Shown here: piece after piece, positions 9,256 to 20,406 of the stretch | Layout: each line of letters begins with the position of its first letter | Numbering within the stretch: the first letter of the stretch is position 1 | IMG/VR virus record: IMGVR_UViG_3300030372_002896 | Location: 1,129 to 65,128 of that record | Origin: a virus | Taxonomy: Duplodnaviria > Caudoviricetes | Direction: 5' to 3' (one strand) | Length of the DNA stretch: 64,000 bases | Made by a program: the position numbers and the translations under genes | Notes under the pieces: generated by a model | The model's database searches: none | What the model was told of the DNA's origin: nothing | Seen by the model: only the letters and a program-made list of their open reading frames with translations

Positions 9256-12200
9256 ACTGTTGATTCAAACCGGGAGTGTTGAACGCCGCTTGGTCAAACA
9301 ATACATTTAGTGAATGTATTTTTACGGAGTGATAATCCGCTGTGTCGTTGCTTATATCAGGTGTTCTGCTGATTGTTACTTGTATGGTATTACCGAATGT
9401 CGAGCCTCCATTTATGATGGTGTTAGGTAACAACTCCACCAACTTCTTAGAAGAACCTACACTAACTATTATGTCATTTTGTGCAGTTGCGCCAGTTTCT
9501 AAACATTCAACATATACTGATAGTGCTGCTCTTTCGCTACTCGTGCTTGTAGGTGAGCAAGATACGACACCAGATACGTTTATCTTATCAGACACTACGC
9601 TAACAGGAACAGAGGCAGAGGCAGTAAGCCCACTTGACGAATCTCCTGTGTTATCTGAATTACCTACACCGGGAAGAGTTATATCAGAATCGGTCTTGGT
9701 CGCACCGCCAAACGCAGGAGCGATATTATCTAATCCCGACCCAGAAGGGGGGGTCATCATAGAAGGAAGAGGCGAAGGTCTTTTCTGCCCAAGAATAGAG
9801 AATGAACCCTGACCGCTAAATGCGTCGTTGTCCAAAGCCATCCTACCCTTTATGTTGCCGTAAATACCACTTGTCAGTTGATTAGCACCAGAAGATGGTG
9901 AGTGTGAGCCGCCGGGAGAGTTGGTAGGGGGTGTTACTCCACCAGTCGGGAATCCCGGTGTAGGTCCATTTCCGGGTAACGGGTCAAGTCCGGGGAAAGA
10001 GCCACCATAACCACCTGCCCCATCTCCGGGTCCGTTGGTGTCGGGGTAGGGTGTAGGTTGTGGTGAATCTGTTCCTGAGCCACCATCGTCACTTGACGAG
10101 CCTGTTCTTGGGTTGATACCCATAGTTGCGATGTAAGGAAATACACCGCTTGGAGGCAAGTTCATATCTCTTTCCATGTGTAGCGTAACTTTTTCAATAT
10201 CTCTTCCTTTTGTCTCCCAACCTATTCTTTGTATAACCATTGTTTCGCTGGCTAACTGTAACGCCTTATCGGTATATGTTGCGAAGGTTCCCGGCACAAA
10301 CTTAACGTCATTTACTACGTGTAGTCGTGGCGCATACCACTCGCTGCGTCCGTAGGCAAAGTCACCAAACTCAGAATATTTACGGCCACCGAGAGGGAAG
10401 AGGCTGTTGTCATTACCTGCTGTGTATGCGAGAGCAGATATACCTGTAAGCACATGCGCGTTGTCAAGAATATATCCTGATGAACCGTGTGCGGTTTGTG
10501 TGGGGTTGCCGCACCGATGACGCAGCAAAGCACGACAATACTCAGCGTTGAAAGATACTACAATCTTAGCACCTGCTGTGTTAAGCGCAGACGAATATGT
10601 CTGTGGGACTGTCAATTGATAGAAACCACTGTTCTTAACGGTCACTGATGTAGTCGAGTTAGCCTCTGAGCCAGCCAGTGATGGCGCAAGAGCAGCAGCA
10701 GGGGAGCCACCTCCACCGTTGGCTGTTGTTGAGTTACTAAACGAGTAGTCAACCATCAAAAGATGAAACTCTGCTTCATCAATACTTGTAACTTCTTGCT
10801 CCTTAAGAACTACGAAACACCTTAGTTCGTTGTTAGTAGTGCCACTTACATAAGGCATATCTTGTGGTATGTGGACAACCTGCATAGCGTATGACAAACT
10901 GTTCGCACCGTAGGAATAGTAGTGGTCATCATAATCCGTTCTCGCCGGAGTTCCTGACGTTCCTATGGCCGTATAGGGAGCGGCTTGACCGTAACGAATA
11001 TCTCCGCTGGTTGTTTTTAGATTACCATCCATAGAGTTGACCATTCCGGGGAACGGAGAGAACCCTGCGCCTACAACAAACGTATCTGTGTTAGCCCCAC
11101 CGTGGTCGAGTATTCTCTGAGTGTCTGCTATGTAACCAAAGCGACCACCACTCAACATCTTATTTGTTTCTGTGCTTGACCTGATGGGTTCAGCGGTTAC
11201 AGAAAGCCTTGTCTTCTGAGCCTTTCTGTATTCGTGTTTAGCCAACGCCTCAGCCTCACGGTGATTCGCTATTCCCGGCATCTCTATAATCTTCCAACGA
11301 GTAGTGTCAGAAAGAGATGGTCTGGGGAAATCGCAGAATGATTGACCGTTTTTGTAATATACCCTTACGTGAGTAACCATACCACCCATGTCTGTCTTCA
11401 TATCACTAACCATAAGATTACTTCTATCAAAAGCATATCCTGAATTGTATCTTGGTCTAAACTCGACCCTACCATCCCTACCTATGAGATAAGCAAAGTT
11501 GAGTTGGTTTTCCTGTGTCCTACCAAGACCGCTTGTTCCCTGCATACCTCGGATTGTAGCCATAAATGTCTTAGTTCGGGCATCAAACACAGAGCCGAAA
11601 TCATCCTGCGTTGCAGATGCAGTAGTGCCTTCAACGGCCATTATAGTTGTGTTTGGCACGTTAGAAATATCATGGATGCAAGATAATCGGGTGCTTGGTA
11701 GCCATGTCTTCATCAATGCGGCATTCCAAAGCATCCTCATCTTGTCACTTTCATAGAATGTCCCGTTGTTAGGGCTTTCGACAAACCCACGAATCCGCAT
11801 CAAGAGCCTAAGTGAGTAAGGTGAGCCGAGGCTATTTACTACACCTATACTCTCAAAGTCATTAGTCCCTGTTCCTTTAGTCATAGTAAATCTAATGTTT
11901 GGCACGTTAGTAGTGTATGAAACAGTTTGGAAGCCAGTTATGCCGGATGTAGTAGCCGTTACTGTATTTTGGATAAACTCTTTTTGAACTTCGTCTTCTA
12001 TTTCTGAATAAGTAGCAGTTGAAAGGTTAGCGAAATTGGATAACGATGTGCCATAAACACTTAATAATTGCATGGGAATTACATAATTATTACCGTTGGT
12101 TATTGAAGTCCAACCACTGATATTAGGATAATCATTTAGGTCTTGATTAGGTAGGCTGGCACTCACGTAATTAAAACGACATACGCCTATCTGTGTGCTA

Positions 12201-15200
12201 CTTGGTATTGTGATAACGATGCTTGTCTCACCAGTCGTTGTGTTTTTTATAAGAGGATAATAACCATTTACAATCATTTCGTTTAGTGGGGAAAAATCGG
12301 CAGAAGAATCTGTCAAAAGATAAATAGTTGACCCTGAAAGTGAGTTTGCGGTTACAGAGCCGGTGTGAGCATTTTCGACTCTTTGTTGCCAGAGAATGTA
12401 GTTGGTTGTGACCTTATCACCCTTCTGACCTAAGACCCTACCCACGCCGTTTGTTTTGAATAAACCACCATCTTCAAGTTCAATGTGTCTGTCGCCAGCG
12501 TTGATTGTGTCGTCACCAAGAGATACATTCACAACGAGTTTATCTTCGTTTTTGTGTTTTCCAAAAGGTGGGTTCACGTTAGTAAAATTAGGCGTTGCTT
12601 GCTTCCAATAATTATCTATCAAAGCGGGGAATCCTTCTCTTGTGGCGACATAATCTCCGAGGTTAGTCCTACCTCCTACGCTGTTGTAAAGCCTACCATT
12701 ATTGACTGTTGTGTTAAGATTGAAAAACTTAGCAGAATCAACTACAAGGAATGAACCACCTTTGCTTTCCCAATCATGAAACGCGGTATTTGTCTCTGTC
12801 TCACTTCCCGTAACCTTACAGAAGTGTATTCCACCCGTGTTACCAACGTCAGCAGCGACATATGTTCCTGAGCCAAGCGTAATTGTAGTTGAAGTAACAG
12901 CAGATACCTCATAAACGCCATCGTGCTTTAAACTGTTAAATACATGAATGTATTTGTTAGCAGTCACACCATGACCAGCGGTAACGGTCAATCTAAGCGC
13001 ACCAGAGGCATCTGCAATTCCTGATACCGCTGCACCCGTCGAGTAATCTGGTGCTTTAGACCACGCTCCACCAGTGGTAGGGTCATTTGTAGCATCCACC
13101 TCCCATAAATCAATATCCTCGCCTAATTTAAGGTCAGTAAAAGAGTCCGGGTTGCCATCAACATTAATTTGGTCTGCATAGAATAGTTCTACTTCGTAAT
13201 TGTCTATTGTAGGCTCTATGATTCCGAAATCTCTTTGTCTTTTGCTACCATCAGCGTCAGCGGTTGCATCGTTACGCATATCTGCCCATAGAAGCCAACA
13301 ATGTTTGTAATCGCTGCTTATATCAGCGACACCTATGAAAGATGCACTATCATGTGATTTGCTGATAAACTCACAACCAATCATAAAGTATTGACCGCCA
13401 GCAGTAGCCTTTCCTTTGTAAATGAATGTGTCCAAGTCCATTTTGTCAACTTGGTCTTTTACTGAATTAAGGAATCCAGAGCCGCTAATTGTGGAGCCGA
13501 GTTGTGCCACACCAGAATTAGGTATTTGTGCATACAGGCTACTTGAAATAGAAACTACTTTAGCCCCTGCTGAAACTGATGCTGCGGTAGTCCCTGTCTT
13601 GTTAGCAGCAGAAAGAACCAACGAATTATTTCCGTTCATATTACCAAAGTGATATTGGAACCACAATGACTTAGGTAAATCTCTCATCCAAACAGCGTGG
13701 ACTGCTCTTGATGAAATATCTGTGGTTGCTGCCGGTAGTGGAGTCACTATACCCTTATCAGTGCAAATTGCGCCACGAGCGTTACCAAACAACCAACCGG
13801 GCTGAGTAACTCTCTGTTTTTTTGCACCAAGCCCTACAAGTGTCCCAGCAAACGCAAGATGATTTATTGACGCTTCTCCTGAACTTGGTATGCCAGTTAA
13901 TGTATTTGTTGAAACTCCTGTGTATGTGATAAAGTCAAGTTGAGAAGCGAAACCAGAAAACGAGGCTACGTCTGCTTCAAAGTTTATAGTAGCGGGATTA
14001 GTCCCTGACGAAAGAAAACCTGTTGCGCTCACTAACTCCAATGATGTATCTGCTACGTTGCCAGTTGCGTTGTTTTGGTTGGATTGTAGATTGTTTTTGA
14101 AGGTTCCGTATTCAGCACCGCTTGAGCCATAATAACAATCTGTTCTGACTACATACAAATCACACCCATCAGTAGGTATATTGTTTGTTATATTGACATA
14201 AGAATCAGTATTCAAATCTAACTTAAAACCCGGAACATAAGCCTTTGCTGGAACGAAACCGGGTCTTAGTGGCGGTCTATGATACTGTGCGTTTATTTCT
14301 CTCTCGTAGTAATTATTATGTTTGGAGATAGAAACAACTTTGTGAACCTTATCATCTATTTGTGCGTGGTTTAATGCAGTATCAGGAACTACAAACTTAT
14401 CTCCTACGTTTAAGTTAGGGTCGCCAAAGAAGATAAAACAATAATGGTCTGATTGGCTTGCGTTGGCTTGGTCTGCCACACTTTCTCCATTCCATAGATA
14501 TTTACCTGCATACACATATTTTGTATTAGAATCTAAAACAAACGGAACGTCGCCGGGGTCCATGTCAAGAAACTGACAAGTCCTACCTTCGTGTGTGAAT
14601 GTGCCGACAGCATTTGGTTGAACACCTGTTGCATTATGACTTGTAGTTTTTTCTATGTTGATAGTTGAACCGGTTGTGTATCCGGGGTTGCCATCAAGAT
14701 ATACTCTTGTGTCCGATGAACTTGCATTAAAACCAAAACCAAGAATACCTACACCTTCATAGAAATCTTCAACACTGTTTGGTCCCAAAGTATCTTCGTT
14801 GTTATACATCTGTATGGGCATACCAGAAAGAACCTGTGTCCGTTGGTCTGTCCTTACTGCATATGAATCATCTTTGTGCAAACCAATCGTGGGCCTAAGT
14901 GTTTTAAGGGGGGATGCCCCAAGATAGAAGGCGGTGTTAAATGTCTGTGATTCCTGTGTCCAATAAGTAATACCCTCTTCACTTGTGTTTCTGGCTCCTT
15001 GACCCAACTCCCACAGAGGAACTTGCCTATCAAGTATGCCAAGCGGGTCATTCGCGTTGAGAGTTATCATTCTTGATTTTGGACCCTGTTTTATTGTCAT
15101 GTTGTTGACAAATCCCCACCATAAAGGTCGGTCAATCCCACTGTGGAATAGTAGTAAAGACCAATCGTTGACTGAGCCTGTGAATATGTTATTTAGGAAG

Positions 15201-16705
15201 TGTGTGTAATCTTGGTCCCTAAGACCTACGGCCCCTGTTCCCGTATTCATTCCGGGGTCATCACTAATTTGTAACTGCATTTTTGAAACAGAATTGACTG
15301 CGCTATTAACTCTCATTGACCGAACAGGCGGCAACAGTGTTCCATCTGCTCTTTCACTCAAAGATTGATACAAACCCGCTCTGTCAAGCATCAGGGTGAA
15401 ATAAGAGAAGGTGTCAGAGCCGCTGCTCGGAGTTACCTCTACTTGCCATCCTTTCATAGCAGAAGGTAAAAAAGCAGCAGATGTATCTGAGTTGTTGTTC
15501 ATTGTGAATGGACCGCTCGCTCCACTTGTATTCTTGATAGCAGTCCCGTCCTTGTAGACCGTGTATCGGTTATTTGTGTAGTCAATCACAAACTCAAGGT
15601 CAATCCATAAAGCAGACGCATCATAATTTGCAGCATCCCATGTCGTAACTACATTAGTAAAATCGTATGCCCCACCCAAACCGTTGTTAGCCGCTGTTGC
15701 TGCGGCCAAATCAATAGTCCATTCTATGGCAGCGGTGTTGGCGTTACTGTCGAAACCTTTCTCGTCATCAACACTTTTACTGGTTGGGAAGCCAGCATAA
15801 ATCACCATTTTAGGTTCGTTGCCATCGGTGCTACCTGCTGGTCCCTTTAATGATTGTAAAGCGAACCTAAGAGCGAATGTATCTCCGTCTTGCCTACTGT
15901 TAAGCAAACCATCATACGCTATTGCTGGCCGGGTAACAGACGATATAACACTTGAAGTCGCTGCCTGATGATATTGCTCAATACACAAAAACGGCTTACC
16001 ACCCGGAGAGCGGTGTGGTGTGTAAATAAACTCAGGATTCTCGGTTGCGCTACCCGTTGTAAAGTGAGAGAAGTCGTAATTTCTTTCTCCCATCCAAACT
16101 CCTGTTAGGTGCGCTGTCTGATAGAAAGCAGTTGTGTTCGCTCCATATCCTGATGCTGTGCTACCAGATGTAGCGGGAGCGGACGTAGTGCCAGCGTTAT
16201 AATTTACTATCGTGTAAGGAGAGCGGTCTGACCTACCCTTTGTAGGGTCGTTATCTCCTGTTGGCACAGTGTAAGAATTGAGTGTGTCGTGGCCGTTGCA
16301 GAAAGTGATATATCCTCCGTCACCAGCAGCACCAAACTGATATTCGTTCGCGTTGGTGTTTGAGTCGGGATATTGTAGTTGCGAGCGACCTTCCCACTTG
16401 TTGGGGTCGTTCCGCATCACATCAAAAGTAAGCCACTCTGCGGGTCCAGTGTTCTTAAGAAACTTATTGGATGCTGTGGCTACAAGATGAGAGCCGAGTT
16501 GCGCTCTGTCGGCATACGACCATCGGTAGCGCGTGTTTGTTGTTGCCTCTCCATTCAATGGGTTGCCATAGTGCGTCTTAGCGTGGTCATAAGTATCTGT
16601 CAGGCTTGGTCTATTGTCATCGTTTGGTATGACTCTTGCACCGTTAAAGTCGTCATAATAACCAGCCAAGAAAAACTGATAATCAAGTGTCGTCGCTCTA
16701 ACCAT
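9239..16705 (-). CDS. Giant tail tip / baseplate-hub-like protein (2488 aa)
   Basis: Directly downstream of the tape measure gene; beta-rich, with tail-hub-like segment YLIGRDGRVEFRPR. Confidence 0.75.
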   Translation of the reverse strand: MVRATTLDYQFFLAGYYDDFNGARVIPNDDNRPSLTDTYDHAKTHYGNPLNGEATTNTRYRWSYADRAQLGSHLVATASNKFLKNTGPAEWLTFDVMRNDPNKWEGRSQLQYPDSNTNANEYQFGAAGDGGYITFCNGHDTLNSYTVPTGDNDPTKGRSDRSPYTIVNYNAGTTSAPATSGSTASGYGANTTAFYQTAHLTGVWMGERNYDFSHFTTGSATENPEFIYTPHRSPGGKPFLCIEQYHQAATSSVISSVTRPAIAYDGLLNSRQDGDTFALRFALQSLKGPAGSTDGNEPKMVIYAGFPTSKSVDDEKGFDSNANTAAIEWTIDLAAATAANNGLGGAYDFTNVVTTWDAANYDASALWIDLEFVIDYTNNRYTVYKDGTAIKNTSGASGPFTMNNNSDTSAAFLPSAMKGWQVEVTPSSGSDTFSYFTLMLDRAGLYQSLSERADGTLLPPVRSMRVNSAVNSVSKMQLQISDDPGMNTGTGAVGLRDQDYTHFLNNIFTGSVNDWSLLLFHSGIDRPLWWGFVNNMTIKQGPKSRMITLNANDPLGILDRQVPLWELGQGARNTSEEGITYWTQESQTFNTAFYLGASPLKTLRPTIGLHKDDSYAVRTDQRTQVLSGMPIQMYNNEDTLGPNSVEDFYEGVGILGFGFNASSSDTRVYLDGNPGYTTGSTINIEKTTSHNATGVQPNAVGTFTHEGRTCQFLDMDPGDVPFVLDSNTKYVYAGKYLWNGESVADQANASQSDHYCFIFFGDPNLNVGDKFVVPDTALNHAQIDDKVHKVVSISKHNNYYEREINAQYHRPPLRPGFVPAKAYVPGFKLDLNTDSYVNITNNIPTDGCDLYVVRTDCYYGSSGAEYGTFKNNLQSNQNNATGNVADTSLELVSATGFLSSGTNPATINFEADVASFSGFASQLDFITYTGVSTNTLTGIPSSGEASINHLAFAGTLVGLGAKKQRVTQPGWLFGNARGAICTDKGIVTPLPAATTDISSRAVHAVWMRDLPKSLWFQYHFGNMNGNNSLVLSAANKTGTTAASVSAGAKVVSISSSLYAQIPNSGVAQLGSTISGSGFLNSVKDQVDKMDLDTFIYKGKATAGGQYFMIGCEFISKSHDSASFIGVADISSDYKHCWLLWADMRNDATADADGSKRQRDFGIIEPTIDNYEVELFYADQINVDGNPDSFTDLKLGEDIDLWEVDATNDPTTGGAWSKAPDYSTGAAVSGIADASGALRLTVTAGHGVTANKYIHVFNSLKHDGVYEVSAVTSTTITLGSGTYVAADVGNTGGIHFCKVTGSETETNTAFHDWESKGGSFLVVDSAKFFNLNTTVNNGRLYNSVGGRTNLGDYVATREGFPALIDNYWKQATPNFTNVNPPFGKHKNEDKLVVNVSLGDDTINAGDRHIELEDGGLFKTNGVGRVLGQKGDKVTTNYILWQQRVENAHTGSVTANSLSGSTIYLLTDSSADFSPLNEMIVNGYYPLIKNTTTGETSIVITIPSSTQIGVCRFNYVSASLPNQDLNDYPNISGWTSITNGNNYVIPMQLLSVYGTSLSNFANLSTATYSEIEDEVQKEFIQNTVTATTSGITGFQTVSYTTNVPNIRFTMTKGTGTNDFESIGVVNSLGSPYSLRLLMRIRGFVESPNNGTFYESDKMRMLWNAALMKTWLPSTRLSCIHDISNVPNTTIMAVEGTTASATQDDFGSVFDARTKTFMATIRGMQGTSGLGRTQENQLNFAYLIGRDGRVEFRPRYNSGYAFDRSNLMVSDMKTDMGGMVTHVRVYYKNGQSFCDFPRPSLSDTTRWKIIEMPGIANHREAEALAKHEYRKAQKTRLSVTAEPIRSSTETNKMLSGGRFGYIADTQRILDHGGANTDTFVVGAGFSPFPGMVNSMDGNLKTTSGDIRYGQAAPYTAIGTSGTPARTDYDDHYYSYGANSLSYAMQVVHIPQDMPYVSGTTNNELRCFVVLKEQEVTSIDEAEFHLLMVDYSFSNSTTANGGGGSPAAALAPSLAGSEANSTTSVTVKNSGFYQLTVPQTYSSALNTAGAKIVVSFNAEYCRALLRHRCGNPTQTAHGSSGYILDNAHVLTGISALAYTAGNDNSLFPLGGRKYSEFGDFAYGRSEWYAPRLHVVNDVKFVPGTFATYTDKALQLASETMVIQRIGWETKGRDIEKVTLHMERDMNLPPSGVFPYIATMGINPRTGSSSDDGGSGTDSPQPTPYPDTNGPGDGAGGYGGSFPGLDPLPGNGPTPGFPTGGVTPPTNSPGGSHSPSSGANQLTSGIYGNIKGRMALDNDAFSGQGSFSILGQKRPSPLPSMMTPPSGSGLDNIAPAFGGATKTDSDITLPGVGNSDNTGDSSSGLTASASVPVSVVSDKINVSGVVSCSPTSTSSERAALSVYVECLETGATAQNDIIVSVGSSKKLVELLPNTIINGGSTFGNTIQVTISRTPDISNDTADYHSVKIHSLNVLFDQAAFNTPGLNQQFKSFS

Positions 16706-19499
16706 AACTTACACTCGCCCCTATCGAAAGCGTGGCTCTATCCTCTATCTGAGAAACTATCTCATCTGCTGCTTGTTGCGTCGTCATGCCGTTAAAGTTG
16801 TTCGTCATGATGATTTCTGTGTTGGCTATGAAGTTCTCAACTCCCTGCTGCTTAATCTGCTTCACAAGGTCGCCAGTTACATTGCCAGCCTTGAATCCGA
16901 AGAACAACTCTTCTCGGTTGCTACCAAACTCTTTAACAGCGTCACCGGCTTCACCATATGCTTCTGCCATACCTAAAACACCTGCCGTCTGTTCCGCTAC
17001 ACCTGCCATCATAAGGTCGTTTGCTTCTTGAGCGTCAGCCATCATATCTTCAAAGCCCAAATCACCCATAGCATCTTCCAACAAATTTAATTTGTTTAAG
17101 CCCTTAACAAGTGCTACGGATAAAACTGTTAGTGCTATTCCGGCTATAAGCGCGTTTCTCATCATCACTCTCATGCTTGTTCCTGCGGCATTAGCAGTTG
17201 TAGATACCGCCGTATTTGAACCAGCAAGTGCCTTATTAGCAACAACTTGTCCTCCTGTCGCTGCTGTCAATTGACCCATGCTCTGAGTCATCATAAACAT
17301 TTCAGGAATCATAGTTAGCATAGTAATGCTCATCATAACCATTGATACTTGCGCTGCTTCACTTTTAGTTAGGAACTTATCTCCTAATATATTTCCAAAT
17401 ACAGCCATTGCTCCCGATGCCAACATAGCACCGACTTGAATCTGCATTAAGAAATTAGCAGAAGTTTGCATATTTGAGAAGTTATATCGCTGACTTATTT
17501 CAAGTATGTCTTGTTCGATTTCCTTTCTTCTTAAGGTATCAACAAATTGCTGGCGTTTTTCTTTGGTGATTGCTTTCATTATATTGAAATCTTTAAACTC
17601 GGTTTTAAGTATTTCTTGAATCATCAGCAACTCTTTTTCTTTAGTTCTCATCTCCACAGCACTTATTTTTGCTATGTTCATAGTGGTTGCGTGTATGCTT
17701 TGTTGTATTTTCTGCTCTTTATTCTTTCTCACATTCTTGTGCTTTTGCTCTGCTGCTTCTCTAATAGTCATACCCAACGATAATTGATGTTGAGCAATTC
17801 TGCCCTTTGCCAGTTTCAGTTCATTTTCTACTAACAATTTTCTTTCTTTTAATTTCCTTACTTGGGCAGCCTGAATACCAAACTCTTCTCTACCCTTTTG
17901 ACCACTAAATCTCTGTATAACTTGTTTTTGCCTTTCAAGATTTAACGACTCTTCTAATAAAGCATTAGCCATCGCTTCTGTAATAACTTTTTGTTGAGTG
18001 TTAGAAAGTGAGTTTCTTTCAAGTCGTGCTAATTCTTGCTCCAACATTCTCTTCTTCTCACCCTGTTGAAAACCTGCGATTTGGGTTCCGTTGAGAGCGC
18101 GAGCAACCTGAACTGCTGTCATCAAAGCAAGGTTCATCTGTTTTATGTTTAGGAACATACCCATCATAGGGCCGACGGTCTTTGAAGCAATTTGTTGGAA
18201 TGAAACAAATGCTTTAATTATATGCCCAAAACCCGGAGTTCGTATTAGTTCAAGATACATCTCATTAAGACCTAATTGTGCCTCAGTAGCGTCTGCGACG
18301 ACAGGTAGCAATTCGTCACCGATTTCGGCCCTAACATTATGTAGTGCAGTTTCGGCTTGAGTAAGCACAATAGATGTATCTTTGAATCTTTCATTAAGAA
18401 TATCTACAACAGGAGATGCGTTGTCGTTTGCATGTCCAATAAGATTGGTCATCCTTTCGGTTCCTTCCATCAACTTAAGCATACGCACGTAATGGTTGTT
18501 ACCTGCTACGGTCTGAGCGATTCTCTGCCTTTCTCCTTCTGAAACATTTTTTGTTGCTTCATCTAAATCAACGAGAATATCATTAAGAGGACGCATAGTG
18601 CCGTCTGCTTTCTTTACTGCTACACCCAACGATTCTAATTCCGTTGCAGCCCCGTTTGTGTCTGCGCCAAGACGGGCGTAAATCATACGCAGCGCACGAC
18701 CAGCCTTACCTTGTTCTTCACCGGCCTCAATAAGAACTGCTGACATTGCAGCCATCTCAGCGATTGATTCACCAGTCAAATGCGCTTGCGCTGCGAACTG
18801 GTTCATGACGAAAGTGATTCTCTCCATGTTTGCTGCCGAATGGTCTTCAACTGAGTTCAGTTCGTTGAGGGTGGCTATGGTAGCAATGCGAATCTGATGC
18901 GCCTTTTCTTCGGCATCCATCAAATCGAACTGCGCTTGTGTAGTTCCACGCAGCATGAAGCCTGTCTGTTGATGCAAGTTAATCATGCGCTGCATGGCGT
19001 GTTCGGCTTCCATCTCACCAATCATACCGAAAGCAAGGCTCATTTCCGTGGCAGCGGGAACCGAATCTTCTCCAAGAATCGTTGAAAGTTGTGCCATCTT
19101 AGCACCGGCTCTAAGGGCTTGGTCGCCAGTAAATCCGAACTGAATACCGATGTCTTTTATCTGTCCGCCTAAGTCAGCGCGATTTGCATCACTGATAAAC
19201 TTATCGAACTCAATACGCGCCTCAGCAATTTCACGCGATAGAGGAACAGTAGCATCAACTATTTCTTGTATCTGTTCATGCACAAGCAACGCCGCTTCTT
19301 CTATCCCAGAAAAGGCATCCATACCCAATGCTTGGAAAGTTGTGAACGCAGCATCAGCATCCATGATAAGACGTTGTGATTGGAAAGTCCCAACCACATC
19401 GAAGAAAATCTTGGATGCACCAGCACGACCAACGATGGTCGTCACCGCGAAGAGGACGACGATAACCCATGACGGTATTAGGGAAAACAGTTCAATCAT
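16698..19499 (-). CDS. Tail tape measure protein
   Basis: 933 aa, helical and Ala-rich, TP901-type core (GESIAEMAAMSAVLIEAGEEQGKAGRALRMIYARL), hydrophobic C-terminal segments; follows the chaperone pair. Confidence 0.9.
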   Translation of the reverse strand: MIELFSLIPSWVIVVLFAVTTIVGRAGASKIFFDVVGTFQSQRLIMDADAAFTTFQALGMDAFSGIEEAALLVHEQIQEIVDATVPLSREIAEARIEFDKFISDANRADLGGQIKDIGIQFGFTGDQALRAGAKMAQLSTILGEDSVPAATEMSLAFGMIGEMEAEHAMQRMINLHQQTGFMLRGTTQAQFDLMDAEEKAHQIRIATIATLNELNSVEDHSAANMERITFVMNQFAAQAHLTGESIAEMAAMSAVLIEAGEEQGKAGRALRMIYARLGADTNGAATELESLGVAVKKADGTMRPLNDILVDLDEATKNVSEGERQRIAQTVAGNNHYVRMLKLMEGTERMTNLIGHANDNASPVVDILNERFKDTSIVLTQAETALHNVRAEIGDELLPVVADATEAQLGLNEMYLELIRTPGFGHIIKAFVSFQQIASKTVGPMMGMFLNIKQMNLALMTAVQVARALNGTQIAGFQQGEKKRMLEQELARLERNSLSNTQQKVITEAMANALLEESLNLERQKQVIQRFSGQKGREEFGIQAAQVRKLKERKLLVENELKLAKGRIAQHQLSLGMTIREAAEQKHKNVRKNKEQKIQQSIHATTMNIAKISAVEMRTKEKELLMIQEILKTEFKDFNIMKAITKEKRQQFVDTLRRKEIEQDILEISQRYNFSNMQTSANFLMQIQVGAMLASGAMAVFGNILGDKFLTKSEAAQVSMVMMSITMLTMIPEMFMMTQSMGQLTAATGGQVVANKALAGSNTAVSTTANAAGTSMRVMMRNALIAGIALTVLSVALVKGLNKLNLLEDAMGDLGFEDMMADAQEANDLMMAGVAEQTAGVLGMAEAYGEAGDAVKEFGSNREELFFGFKAGNVTGDLVKQIKQQGVENFIANTEIIMTNNFNGMTTQQAADEIVSQIEDRATLSIGASVSYG

Positions 19500-19780
19500 T
19501 CTGCATCCCCGCTATCATTACTGCCCACAATCGGGACATTCGCATCTCTCAACGCTTTGAGCATGTCTGCGTTGTTGTTTAAGAGTTGTCGCTGCTCGCG
19601 TTTTTGATTGCGACGAGCCACCATACTCTTTCCATCCTTATTGTCCTTAGTTGCCTCAGCAATCCTGTCGTTTATTTCAGCGGCGATAATCAGGTCTAAT
19701 TCAAGACGCTGATGGCCGCCTTCGCAGTCGTATCGTTCGTATAGTTCGGAGGGGGTAGTTCCCTTGAAAGCCATGCACAA
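19496..19780 (-). CDS. Tail assembly chaperone, frameshift extension (gpT-like)
   Basis: Lacks a good start or SD; in the -1 frame relative to the upstream ORF via CCCTTTG. Confidence 0.7.
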   Translation of the reverse strand: MCMAFKGTTPSELYERYDCEGGHQRLELDLIIAAEINDRIAEATKDNKDGKSMVARRNQKREQRQLLNNNADMLKALRDANVPIVGSNDSGDAE

Positions 19781-19788
19781 TGCCGGGC

Positions 19789-20148
19789 CTACTCCGAAGA
19801 ATTGACCAAAGGGATTGCACCCTCCGGGTCATCTCCGCGAACAAACGATAGTAGTGTCATCAATTCTGTCGTAGTAAGCGTATCAATGTCTAAATCGTCA
19901 TCGAGAACGCACGACGGAACCCAAGCCTCAATCTGTGCTTCCATTCCACCACCAGCCTCGTCAAGAACGTCTGAGAACTCAATGTTCTGTTCCTCTGTCC
20001 ATTCAGCAGGGTTCTGACCGAAGTGTCTGAACTTTCGGAAGATACGGGCTTGGATAGCCTCAATCTTCAACTTCTGCATACCGGAGGCTTGGCGAACCCA
20101 AACCTTACGGCCATCTTCTAATTCGATTTCTTTCTTCAATACGGGCAT
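19789..20148 (-). CDS. Tail assembly chaperone (gpG-like)
   Basis: Between tail tube and tape measure genes; ends just after a slippery heptamer. Confidence 0.8.
   Translation of the reverse strand: MPVLKKEIELEDGRKVWVRQASGMQKLKIEAIQARIFRKFRHFGQNPAEWTEEQNIEFSDVLDEAGGGMEAQIEAWVPSCVLDDDLDIDTLTTTELMTLLSFVRGDDPEGAIPLVNSSE
19807..19813 (-). promoter_or_regulatory. -1 ribosomal frameshift slippery site C CCT TTG
   Basis: X XXY YYZ heptamer; a -1 slip reads PFGQFFGVGPALCMAFK straight into the downstream ORF. Confidence 0.75.
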
Positions 20149-20193
20149 ATTTCTTCACTTTCTTCTTCACTACGGCCTACGGCCTTCTAATCA

Positions 20194-20406
20194 CTACTGG
20201 TCTTCAAATACCACATACACAGTAACGTCGTTACTGTTCTTGTTTCTCTCATACATAATCTGATAAATAATATCGTTGTTAGCAAATGTGCTACCACGAA
20301 GGAGGGTTTGTAGGTCTGCGGCAAGAGCGGCCATTGTGGTCTTCAACTCTGCGACAGTAATCTTTGTCTTATCGACAATTTTAATGCCACCGTCACCGAC
20401 CGCCAT
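20194..20406 (-). CDS. Hypothetical virion-module protein
   Basis: 70-aa ORF coupled in the late operon. Confidence 0.7.
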   Translation of the reverse strand: MAVGDGGIKIVDKTKITVAELKTTMAALAADLQTLLRGSTFANNDIIYQIMYERNKNSNDVTVYVVFEDQ

